A stretch of DNA of 64,000 nucleotides from Lama guanicoe (Eukaryota). The notes under the pieces were generated by a model that saw only the letters and a list, made by a program, of their open reading frames with translations, searched no databases and was not told the origin of the DNA. Numbering within the stretch: position 1 is the first letter of the stretch; every line of letters starts with the position of its first letter. Shown here one piece after another: positions 11,861 through 22,507 of this stretch. Location of the stretch: positions 4,819,214 to 4,883,213 of the forward strand of contig MU053561.1 of assembly GCA_013239625.1 (NCBI GenBank), read 5' to 3'. The translations under genes and the position numbers were made by a program.

Positions 11861-12689
11861 CCATGTGAATGGAAATCAAAAGAAAGCCATGGTATCTTTT
11901 TCCATCCCCTCACTTTGTGTCTTTAGATCTGAAGTGTATCTCTTAGTAGTTTAGATGCAGGTCTTGTTTGTGTATCCACTCAGCTACTGTATATCTTTTG
12001 ATGAAAAGTAAATGGGCTAAGTGTTCCAAAGCAATTGATATGTATATTTCTATTGCCATCTTAATTGTTTGGGGGTTGTTTTTGTTCTCTGGTGATTTGT
12101 TCTTTTGTTCTCTTGTGATTTGATGACTGTCTTTAATGTTATGTTTGGATTCTTTTGTGTGTGTGTATCTATTATATATTTTTGGTTTGTGGCTACCCTG
12201 AGGTGTGTATATAGTTATTTTAAGTTGCTGATCTCTTTAATGTCAAACGCATTTTTACAATTCTGCATTTGTACTCTCCTCCCATCATAATTACTGTTTG
12301 ATATCATATTTCACATCTCTTGTTTTGCATATCCCTTAACTGTTTATTGTTGACATAAATAATTTTACCACTTCTGTCTTTAACTTTCCTACTAGCTTTG
12401 TGCATGGATGATTTACTACCTTTACTAGGTATTTGCCTTTACCAATGAGCTTTTTTTTTCCTTTTATTATTTTAATATTTCTAGTTGTGGCCTTTCGTTT
12501 TTTTGCTTAGAGAAATCCATTTAACATTTTTTGTAAAGGTGGTTTGGTGATGCTGGACCCTTTTAGCTTTTGCTTGTCTGTAAAACTTTTGATTTCTCCA
12601 TCAAATCTGAATGAGCGCCTTGCTGGGTAGAATATTCTTGGTGTTGGTTTTCCCCTTCATCACTTTAAATATATTGTACCACAAGCAAG

Positions 12690-12930
12690 AGAGCATCAAG
12701 TGAGATGAGAAGGGGGCCTAGGAATGTGCCTTGAGCCCTCCCAACACCTACCAGCTGAGTGGAAGAAGATGAACCCACCAAGGAGACTGAGAAGGAGTAG
12801 CAAGAAGGGCAGCAGAAGAGTGCTGTGTTTCAGAAGCCAAGAGGGGAGCGTGCTTTGAGGAGGATGCTGTGGTTATGGGTGTTGAATCCTTCTCAGAGGC
12901 CCAGAAAGCTAAGGCTTGAGAAATGTCCAC
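12690..12930 (-). mobile_element. L2 fragment
   Basis: ccaaggagactgagaaggagtagc...tcagaagccaagaggggag is typical antisense L2. Confidence 0.65.
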
Positions 12931-13307
12931 TGATGAATTACAAAATGTCTCAAATCTGCTCCTTCCCTCTTCCTCCCTTCTCTGGAATGTGAATTATTGT
13001 TACCTCTTAAAAAGAGTTCAGGGAGATAGGGTGTCACTTCTTAATCACCAGATGTAGTCATTCCAGAAATAAAGGACGTGGGTACACTCTGGCCATCGTT
13101 CTCTAAGCACTAAGCAGTCTGTTCCGCAGCCAGTGCTCGGGCTGAGTCTTCACTGACAGGAAGCCTGACGGACAGCTTATGGGCGCTACAGAAAGATCTC
13201 TGTGCCTTAACACATTTACAAGGAGTTGTAATCTATTTGATAACACTTTGTGGAGCATTGCACTGCCTGTGCTTACTAAGCTCTATGTTAAGAATTGGGT
13301 GTTTTCT

Positions 13308-13460
13308 GGGAGGGGAGGGTATAGCTCAGGGGTAGAGTGTGCTTAGCATGTATAAAGGTCCTGGGTTCAATCCCCAGTACCTCCACGAAAAAATTAACCT
13401 AGTTACCTTCCAAGAAAAATGTTTAAAATGTGCAAAATCAATAAACGCTAAAAAAAAAAT
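13308..13460 (+). mobile_element. tRNA-Ala-derived SINE (Vic-1-like)
   Basis: ggggagggtatagctcag...gggttcaatccccagtacctcc with an A-rich tail. TSD gaattgggtgttt at 13292-13304 and 13461-13473. Confidence 0.92.
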
Positions 13461-13679
13461 GAATTGGGTGTTTCAGAGAAGACAACAGTCCATGAGATAG
13501 AACACAGACAAACATAAAAGCACATACAGAGCAAAACAAGAGACACAGAATTATAGTCCCACCTCCTCTCTGGCACTTGTTTCAGTTTTCTAGGATTTGG
13601 TCCCTGGAGCCCCTCAGGCCTCTTTGCCTGGGTCCCTACTGCACCCTCCCTTGCCACACTACCTTGGACTTGCCCAGCA

Positions 13680-13940
13680 CCCACTAGATTTCAGTTTAGA
13701 CATCAGTTCTTCCATGAACTGACTTGCAAGTCTGCTGAGGAGTCTTCCCAGGTGCCCAAGTAACGTCAGCTTCTGTCACCTATGTGCCTGTTTGCTGATC
13801 TTCCTGACTAAATGGCAAGTCTTAAAACGCTGGACGTTGTTTATCTTGTTTACTAATACAGGTCTTTGACAATTTGCAGCCCCAGCACCTAGCACGTAGT
13901 AGGGGCTCTATAAAGATGTATGAAGTGAGCAAGTGAATCA
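13680..13940 (+). mobile_element. L2 3' end
   Basis: cccagcacctagcacgtagtaggggctctataaagatgtatgaagtgag terminal motif. Confidence 0.6.
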
Positions 13941-15500
13941 AGGCCTGGGTAAATAAGTCAGAAGCGCCTGTAAGTACTGACAAGCCTCAGTGCAGAGGGG
14001 GCTAACCTGAGCTGTGTGGAGGAGCCAGAAGGGCTTGTTGGAAGGTGAAATTCTGTGCAGGCTTTTGGAGGCAGATGGACCCAGATTAGCAGGGGCCAGC
14101 GATGCCAGATTAGACAGTGATAGTTTTTGAGTGGGATGGGGAAGGATTTGCATTGCTGGAGGGAAGTGTCTATTTTGGGTAGTAACTAAGACTTTCTAAG
14201 GATTCCATGTGCTGTTGGGAGAGCGTGCTCCTTCCAAGGCCATGGCGTAGTGTGCTATGGTAAGTGTTGGAGTAGAAGCCCTTACCCTTCTCTGCCACCA
14301 GGCCTGTGTCAAGAATGCAGCCCTGAGTGGCAGTGGTGGTGGCTAGGGCGGGGTGCAGGTGTTCTACAAGTAGGGCCCAGCTTCGTTGGCTGAGGGCTGT
14401 GTGATGTGAGAGATCCAGCCAACCCTTGGCCATGTGACAGGAGCACCATCTGCACCCCAGGGTGCCTCGATTTTGCAGCTGCCACAGCCTACTCAGGCAG
14501 ATTTGACACAAGCTTAGCAACTAGCTTTTCCAGGAGGTTTGTAAATTTCCAATCTGCTGTGCTACGTTTTCCCCTACAACTGCCACCAACCAAATGTTAA
14601 TTTGGATCCAAGACCCGAAGGGTAGTCAGAAAGTGTATGGGCTCATACAGAATTGGAAAGGAGATTGGGGCTCAGGTGGCCCTCTGAATGGACCATTTCT
14701 AGAAAAAACAGATACGTAATTATCAAACCTTTACTCGTATGTCTGTCTTTACACAGAAGCATTCCTCAGCTATTGCATATAAAATTGAATTTGTTATTTT
14801 CAATTTAATTTTAGCACCAAGTTAATGCAATCTTTGTTATTTTAAGGAATTCTGCAATGAGTATTCCATTTGCCGAAGTCAATAAATGACCTTCAATTTG
14901 TCTTGAAGTCATGTATAAGTGTAGATACATTTATATTTGTGCTTGCATCTTCTGTGTGCCTATGTTGAGGATTATATCTCCTTTGAAAAATGCAGATGTT
15001 GGCTACAGACTAGCTTTAAGAGCTCCATGCTTAATTTACAAGAGCAGAGAAAAGGTTGAGTTACACGCACAAAATAGTTGGCACTAAGATTCCGTCTTCA
15101 TTGTTATCCATACAACATCATCCACAGAACAAAAGACATAAATGCAAGATTGTATAGCATGCTGGGATGAATACATTACAGCTCAGAGCTGCATTTCAAA
15201 TACAGTTTTTTGATATCTTAATACCCAAGGAGGTTAAGAGTATTTACGAGTTGAAGAGCTAGGGGACTTCATTGCTATTCCTGAACACAATCTAATTATA
15301 GAAAAGACAAGTTTATAAATATACAATAGAAATTTTCTGAGATGATTAGAGTCTCCCCAATTCCTGCTCTGCTTGACTGCAATAACCATTCCTCCCCACA
15401 TGTCCACATTAGTTAACGAGCAACTTCTGCTGGAATTAGTTTTTCAAATGATACTGAGTTTAAATTTGGAAGCTTGAGTAATGTTTAAGTAACTAAGGTA

Positions 15501-15625
15501 GGGAGGGTACAGCTCAGTGGTAGAGTGCATGCCTAGCATGCATGAGGTCCTGGGTTCAATCCTGGGTACCTCCATTAAAAAAATAAACTTAAATACCAAT
15601 ACCCTCCCCCCAACCCCCCAAAAAG
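15501..15625 (+). mobile_element. tRNA-Ala-derived SINE (Vic-1-like)
   Basis: gggagggtacagctcagtggtagagtgcatgcctagcatgcatgaggtcctgggttcaatcc...tccattaaaaaaataaac. Confidence 0.9.
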
Positions 15626-17005
15626 AGAAGTAAATATCCAAGTTCACATAAGGGTATGGACGTAGGGAGACCAGTTAATTTGGCTGAGATCTAGAGAATC
15701 ACAATCCATAACTGTGAGCCAAGAGTAAAGCAAGTGTATTTTGAAGTTCTTAGATCTTGTACAAGTGAATTTTTTTTTATCTAGAACTCATCCCCACACT
15801 AGTGCTCCTGGTGGCCCCATGTAGTGCCCCTGATTGTAGACGTTCCTTTAACTGTAGAAGGTCCTGCAGTTCAACAGCTATTGGCAGGGGCTATGTCTAA
15901 TCCCGTGCCCTCAGCAGTTAGTGCAGGGCATGGCACGCAGCAGGCTGCTCGTGAACAAGTGGATGAGAGAGCAAATGACCATATGAAGACGAGTTTAGGC
16001 TGTGGCAGTGTGACGCAGTGCTCTCTTAGGAGGGACAGGCAATGGGCATACACATTCTTCCCACTCAACATGAAGGAGATTACAATGGTGATGGGTATTT
16101 TTTCATACCCCTGGCAGCAGAGGGATCAAGGCACTGACCCAGGCAGGATCAGTCCTTAATTTTTCTTGGCCTGAGGTGCACTTTAGGAAAAGTGCTTTCC
16201 TTTAGTCTTGAGTTGCTGAACAGAAAGATGTGACCTCTGGGTGGCTTGTCCTCACTGGTTGCCTGGAGAAAGCAGTGAATAGTAGGTAAAAATGCAGCTC
16301 ACCCACCGAATAAGGGATGTAGAGCTGACAGTAGAGATGAAGCCTGGACCTGTCACTGGAGCCTGGGATCCAGCTGTTCTCAGTCCTCATACTTCAGGGT
16401 GAGCTGGTTATGTGGCCCAGTGATCTTTTGACTTAAGCTATTTAGACTGGGTTTCTGTCACTTGCAAATAAGTTCTGGATAATCTGCATTTTCTGATTAA
16501 ATAATGAACATACATTGTTTTTGTAAAATAAGTGAACACACATACCCACAGACCCATACTTAGGTCAAGGGCTCAATTTGATTTCGGTGACAAGTGCTCC
16601 CAGGTGTCATCCTCACTTAGCTTCATTACCCAGCTGTGTAAAACCCAGATTGAGGAGTGGGCAGGCATCAGATTACTGCTGCTCTACCTTTGTAGAGAGA
16701 TAGTGGCCAATCTTCAGTAAAATCCAAATTTAACAAAGCTGGGAAAAACAAACCAGGAAGCTATCAAACAGATGATTCTTCCTGTGCAGCTGACTGGAGC
16801 CAGGGCTTTGGGACAAGAGGTTATGTCCACACTGACGGGAGCCCAGTCTGCTCAGGACCCAACAGGAGGTGCTGCACCGAAGGAAGAGATGATGTGAGGA
16901 TCCGTAATACGGGCCTCAACATACATGGATGAATAAGCAAACAAAGAATACAGAGCTCCATTTCTGTGCCCTGCAAGACCTTCTCACTCCTGTAACTCGT
17001 GCAGC

Positions 17006-17450
17006 GTGGCGGATTCTGGCAACACCGGCCACAAGGCCCATGAGAAGACTCATCACAAGGTCACCAACAACACCCCACCATGGCCAGTGACCAGACCCAT
17101 GCCGAGATTTTACAGCTGGTGGGCAACGTGGCTCCTATCACAAGAAGAAGAAACTAACACCCCAGCACCTGCAGGTGGCCATCTGCCAGGAAGAGGAGCA
17201 CAACCATCTGCTGGGAGACGTGATTATCCCTGAGGGAGACGTCATGCCCAACATCCGGCCCAAGCTGTTTCCCAGGACCAGCACCCCCAAGCCACGGAAG
17301 GCACCCACCAGGGCAAGAAGTCCTCCCAGACCTCGGATGAGCACTGAGGGCACCTGCCCTTCCATCCCCACCACCCAACCCTCCCCAGCCCAAAGCCTCT
17401 TTTAAGCCCTCACAAAAAGAGCTCTCAAAATAAATGCATTATGTTTTCAA

Positions 17451-17482
<32 letters not shown>
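17006..17482 (+). pseudogene. H2AX: Processed/retroposed pseudogene derived from histone H2AX
   Basis: Across frameshifts it reads (V)ADSGNTGHKAHEK (H2AX MSGRGKTGGKARAK), AEILQLVGNVA (AEILELAGNAA), HKKKKLTPQHLQVAICQEEEHNHLLGDVIIPEGDVMPNIRPKLFP ([45 protein letters not shown]) and KAPT..KKSSQTSDEH* (KAPSGGKKATQASQEY*). The stop is at 17345-17347. It has GTG in place of ATG, an internal deletion and at least 3 frameshifts. AATAAA lies at 17429-17434 and A29 at 17454-17482. Confidence 0.88.
17391..17434 (+). other. Decayed histone 3' stem-loop, HDE-like purine element and poly(A) signal
   Basis: caaagcctcttttaagccc resembles the H2AX stem-loop aaaggcccttttaagggcc (recall). aaagagct is HDE-like and is followed by aataaa. 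Confidence 0.65.
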
Positions 17483-17484
<2 letters not shown>

Positions 17485-17554
17485 GGAAATCTTCCTGGGT
17501 CTATGGCCTTATAAACATGACCTATGGAAACTTCCCACTCTAGACAGTCCTCAT

Positions 17555-20500
17555 CTTTGTTTTCTTAGCAGGGTCTTTTGAGGAGCAGAATTATTAGATT
17601 TGACCAAGTCCAATTCATTATTTTTTTTTGATTAGTGCTTTCTGTGTTCTAAGAAATCTATGCCTACCCTAAGGTTGAGAAGATTTTTCTCCTGTGGTTA
17701 TCTTTAGACATTTCATTGTTTTTGTTTGTTAGTTTGGTTGGTTGGTTTTTTTACATTTAGATCTGTGATCCAGTTCAAGTTAATTTTTTTGTATGGTGTA
17801 ATGTAAGAATCAAAGTTCATTCCCCTCTCCATATGCATATCAATTAGTCCCAGCACCATTTGTTGAAAAGACTATCCTTTCCCCATCGAATTACCTTGCC
17901 AAAGTAGTTGAAATTCTATTTCTGGATCTTCTTATATTCTATCATTCTACATGAATAATGTCAATAACAAATTATCTTGATCACTGAGAGTCTTGAAATT
18001 CGGTAGTGCATGTCTTCCAACTTTGTTCTTTTTCAAAACTTACGTGGCTCCTACAGGCTCTTTGCATTTCTATTTAAGTTTTAGAATCAACTTGTCAATT
18101 TCTATCCCAAAAGCTTACTTTAAAAATTTAGATTGTGTTGAATTTATAGATCAATTTGAGAAGATGTATATTAGCATCTTAACAATATTGAGTCTTCTGA
18201 CTCATGGACATGGCACTTCTGGTAATTTACTTAGATCTTTAATTTCTCCCAGCAATGTTTTATAATTTTCAGTGTACAAGCAAATTTCAAAGTAAATTTT
18301 GCTAAATTTATCCATTGGTATCTTACTCTTGATATTATTGTAAATGGTATTTTAAAAATCCAATTTCCAGTTGTTCATTGCTATTTATAGAAATATAATT
18401 GATTTTCAAATGTTTCTCACATCCCGTGACATTGCTAAACTCAATTCTGGAAGCTTTTGGGTAGATTCCTTAGGCTTTTCCATGTACATGAACATATCAT
18501 TTGTAAATAAAGGTAATTTATTTCTTCCTCTCTAATCTCTATACTACAATTATTTTTCTTTCATTGCACTGATTTGGCATTCCAGTACAATGTTGCATAG
18601 AAAAGATAAGAATGAACAGCTTTGTCTTATTCCTCGTATTTGAAAGCATTCAGTCTTTCATCGAGTATGACGTTAGCTGTAGGTTTTTCATAGATGTTCT
18701 TTATCAGGTTGAGGATGTTCCCTTCTGTTCCTAGTTTGAATTTTTTGGTTTTATTTTTAAACCATGGATAGGGGTTGAATTTTGCCAAATGCTTTCTTTG
18801 CATCAACTGAGGTAAATTCTCTCTTTAATTCTAACATGGTTAATTATATTTGATTTGTAAGTTTTAAACCAATCTTGCATTTCTGGGATAAGTTCCACTT
18901 AGTGTATTATCCTCTTAAATTGTTGAATTGGATTTGTTAATATTTTAAGAATTTTGACCTTTATGTTCATGAGGAATATTGGTCTACAGCTTAATTTTGA
19001 CTTTTCCTGTTTTTTCTTTTTTTTTTTGACATCAAGGTAATGTTTGGCCTCCAAATGAGATGACAATTGATTATTCCTTTTTTTTCCTGAAAGTTTGTGT
19101 AGGATTGGCATTATTTTCTCCTGAAGTGTTGGAAGAATTCACTGTTTGAACTAGAGTTTTCATTTCGGGAAGGATTTTAATTAGGAGTGTGAAATAAAAT
19201 TCCTGTTTTGTGGCAAGATAAGAAAAATTTAAACAAATTCTTCTCTGCCCTTTGGCCTCCTCTCTCCCCACATTGTGCACTGTGTATCTGCATTATCCAT
19301 TGGGCAAACCTCCTCCATGGGCAGGAATACTTGCTCAACCATAAAGAGCAATATTCCCCTTACTTGTGGGCAGGCTTGGAAACAGCCCCTGCCAATCTGT
19401 CAGTCTGCCTTTATCTCGGGCATGTTGGCTTCTATCAGTTTTCCAATGATATGACCATTTGGCCATGATATTTGTTGACTCATCTTATGACCCCAAAAGA
19501 GTCAAGTTTCTGCTCTGAACCATCCTCCCACTTTAGGGGAAAAACTAGGAAGATGGTTTGGTTCAGGAGCATTTTGGCTTAAACTTTCGCTAATGACATT
19601 GTTACTCCTACCACCACTTTAAATTACAGTTTGTGGAACTTAAGGCGATAATTTCTTGCCTTTCATGTGTCACCTGCTGGTACTAGATTAATGATGTCTG
19701 AATGAATTAAAACTATAGATACACTCTAGTTCTCTATAAAATGGGCATACACAATGCACACATGCAGAACATTGGCTCAAAGTCCCTATTGGACAACCTA
19801 CAATTGGCTGTCAATCCTTGCTGAACACTTGCTAGTACAACCCCCCAAAAAGTATTGGGCTATTACAAGCTGCATCAAAGGACATGATGGACACTGGGGC
19901 AGGCAAGCATCCATCTTAACTTTGAGGGACCAAATATTTGATCACCTAATGCTTTCTATTGAAGAAGAAATCAGTGATCGACAGGGGAAAATTATGAAAT
20001 AAAATTCCTACTTTATGGCAAGACAAGAAAAATTTAAACAAAAAAATTCTTCTCTGCTCTTTGGCCTCCTCTCTACACTGTGCATAGTGTATTTGCTTTA
20101 TGCATTGACCAAAACTCCTCCACAGGCAGGAATACCTGCTCAACCATAAAGAGCGACATTCTCCTCGCATCAACAAGACAGCTCCTCAAAAGATAACACT
20201 CCTTCTTGATCTTATAAGGGGTCACATGACACACCAGGATGATGCTTAAATTCAGGTTATGTAAACTGTCAATAATACATCATTTGATGTACAGCCCTGT
20301 CTCAAAAGACTTCTAACTGTGCCTTGATTTCTAATAGCAGAACAGTTCTGAGCTTTGAGATGCTCTTCCCAGGTTATAATCTTCAAATTTGGTACAAATC
20401 ATTTCCTTCTTAGATCGACTTTGTCAACTGGAGTGACATTTCTTTGATGCTGATATTTTAATTTCTATTTCTTATGTCATTTTTAGAGTATCTCTTTAAA

Positions 20501-20620
20501 TTTTTTTCTATTTCAAGTGAGTGGTCAAATTGGCATAGAGTTGTTTATAACACTCCCTTATTTTTAAAATGCCTTAGGATCTGTAGTGAACTCTTATCTT
20601 TCATGGTATCAGTAATTCTC
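17555..20620 (-). mobile_element. Old L1 (L1M-type) ORF2 region, interrupted by an ERV at 19188-20429
   Basis: Antisense ORF2 text (cccagcaccatttgttgaaaagactatcc...; tagatgttctttatcaggttgagg). L1-like text resumes after 20434. Confidence 0.8.
19188..20429 (+). mobile_element. Internally deleted ERV1 provirus: partial 5' LTR, env-like remnant, PPT, 3' LTR
   Basis: Direct repeat t(g/a)tgaaataaaattcct...ctcaaccataaagagc at about 19188-19357 and 19992-20160. Purine tract caggggaaaa precedes the second LTR. 4-bp TSD GGAG at 19184-19187 and 20430-20433. Confidence 0.8.
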
Positions 20621-20639
20621 TCTGGAGGGGTTATTAGAG

Positions 20640-21320
20640 TGAATGATGTGGAAAGATAGGCAGTAGGATATGGTGAGCACAGGAGAAGGCTTGCAGTTAC
20701 AAGCACGGAGCAGGGAGGGGTGAACTCATTGGTAATGACAAGCAATACAGCCATGGGAGTGGGTGGCTGAGGTTCGGCAGGAAATAAGGTCATTGCAAAA
20801 GAGGTGGTCAAACAGCTGAGAAGCCAGAGTATTGGAAGGAAACCTAAGAGTGAAGGGAAGAGTGGTGTAGAAAGACAGCGAGCCCAGGGCTGAACTCAAG
20901 GAATGAAGGGGGCAAGTTGGAGGGCTGTGTGAACGGAGCCCCTGGGTAGTTTATTCCGGCCTGAGTCAGAGGAGCTGGGGGCTTTAGGGAGGGGTGGGGG
21001 AAGCGGCCTGTAAATAAGTGTGGAGAACTCCTCCCCCTCCCCCAGGCCCAGTGGGAAGGTTTCAGGGGAGGCCACATCCTCAAGGGAGAACCAGGTATCA
21101 GACAGCAGTAGGGGGACCCAGCTGTACAGAGAAGAGGGAGAGGATCTGGGTTGTTGGCTGAGGGCAGCTGAAGTCCCAGAAGACACAGAGGAAGATTTAG
21201 GGAAGCCTGAGAGAAGGGAATGTCAGAGCCATAGGAGGATGAGTCTGGGTGCTCAGGGGTGAAAGGGGGTCGGCTTTGTGTGGTGACTGAGATGAGGATA
21301 GTGGCTTGGTGGGGGGGGGG
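20640..21320 (-). mobile_element. Probable old L2 internal fragment
   Basis: Purine-rich text (gaggtggtcaaacagctgagaagccagagtattggaagg) resembles antisense L2. Weak support. Confidence 0.35.
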
Positions 21321-21323
21321 TCC

Positions 21324-21941
21324 TGTTGGGCACTGGAACTGACCAGGACCCTGTGGGGCTCTCCTGGGCATAAAAGCCTTTCTGTGTCCCCCTTTTGCTT
21401 TTGGTAGGAAAAAAGCTTTCAGTCTCTTAGACGTCCCCTGAGTTCCCAAGGGCAGATTTAAACAATTACTAATGAGGAGAGAGACGGAACACAGAAGCAG
21501 TAGTGCAGGATGGGGCCGGGGCCTGGCCCCTCCTCAGGGGATGTGCATAACAACATGATACAGATCTGAGTTCTTCTACAGGAACCAAGGCCCCCAACCC
21601 AGGTGGAGGTTGGGAACTTCAGGCTGAGCACTAGCACGTGGACCCCAGACTGATTGGAACCAGAAGGCTGACTGAGGTTCCTGGACCACCACCTTGTTAC
21701 CTCAACACCAGCCAACCAGAAGACGGTTTACACACCCTCCAGCTGTCACCCCAAACTTTGCTTGTAAAAAACATCTTCCCTGAAACCCATCAGTGTGTTT
21801 GGGCCTTTGAAGCACAAGCCACCCCGTTCCCCTGGCATGGCCCTGGCAATAAACCTTCCTCTGCTCCCAAGCTCCCAACTCTGACATTTTGGTTTGTTTG
21901 GCCTCACCGTGTGTCGGGCACAGGAACTTGGGTTTGACAAC
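21324..21941 (+). mobile_element. Solo ERV1 LTR
   Basis: TG start, ATTGG box, AATAAA near 21848, and a U5 end gtgtgtcgggcacaggaacttgggtttgacaa typical of cetartiodactyl ERV1 LTRs (recall). TSD unclear. Confidence 0.8.
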
Positions 21942-22507
21942 CCTGTGATGGAGAGCCTCTGAGTGCAGAGGGGAGCTCCCGGGCCCGCTTGCTGGTGGAG
22001 TTAATATTTGAGTTCTAAACTCCGCGGGAGGAAAGAGCGTCTCTCCGTCTCCGGGTTTGTTTCACCTTATCGCAGATTAATGAACTGAAGCTGTGGTTGG
22101 TTTTCTAAGCAAGTGCTCCAGCATTGAAGACCCACGGCCTCCTGAGACTGGCCCGGTGAGTCACCGCTCACCACCACCCTTGGTGGGACACAGGGGGCTC
22201 TGCTGCCTGGGCTGGGGAAAGCCCCTTAACTCCTAGCTGTCAGGACCCTCTCTCCTGGCTTTCCATGTTCTGGCATCTATTTCTGCTACTTTTTTTTTTT
22301 TTTAAATAGAGGTGTAAGCTACTGTTGGCGTTTCACTGGCTCTTCTGTTCTCCCTTCTCCTCTCAGCGAGATTCTAACAGTTTAACCTGTATCTTAAGTG
22401 GTCTGTTTTGTTCCCTAAACAGGTGGAACTTGCATGGCTGGCTGGAGTTAGATGCTACCCGTCCTTTTTTTCCCCCTTTTCTGTCATTTACAAAAGATAA
22501 GTCATCA

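Larger units (their letters stand above)
7542..12682 (-). mobile_element. Long decayed L1 (3'UTR through ORF2), with an internal microinversion and a complex insertion
   Basis: L1 3' end at about 7542. RT remnant ...[41 protein letters not shown] (ORF 9503-9697) and IKIPMAFFTELEQ (ORF 9030-9218). Many stops and frameshifts. Confidence 0.92.

Noticed and set aside
7542..12682. Active or intact L1
   Set aside because: ORF2 is fragmented by stops, deletions, an inversion and insertions, and no 5'UTR is attached.
16766..16784. Possible 5' TSD of the H2AX retrocopy (aaacagatgattcttcctg versus aaataggaaatcttcctg after the tail)
   Set aside because: Only tcttcctg matches exactly, which is too weak to call.
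17175..17405. Intact histone H2A CDS from the ORF track (also 17006-17233)
   Set aside because: Each ORF starts at GTG and covers only part of the fold. Homology switches frame at least three times.
20844..21449. Longest ORF (201 aa, minus strand)
   Set aside because: It starts inside an LTR and runs through Pro-rich low-complexity antisense of purine-rich DNA. No recognisable domain.
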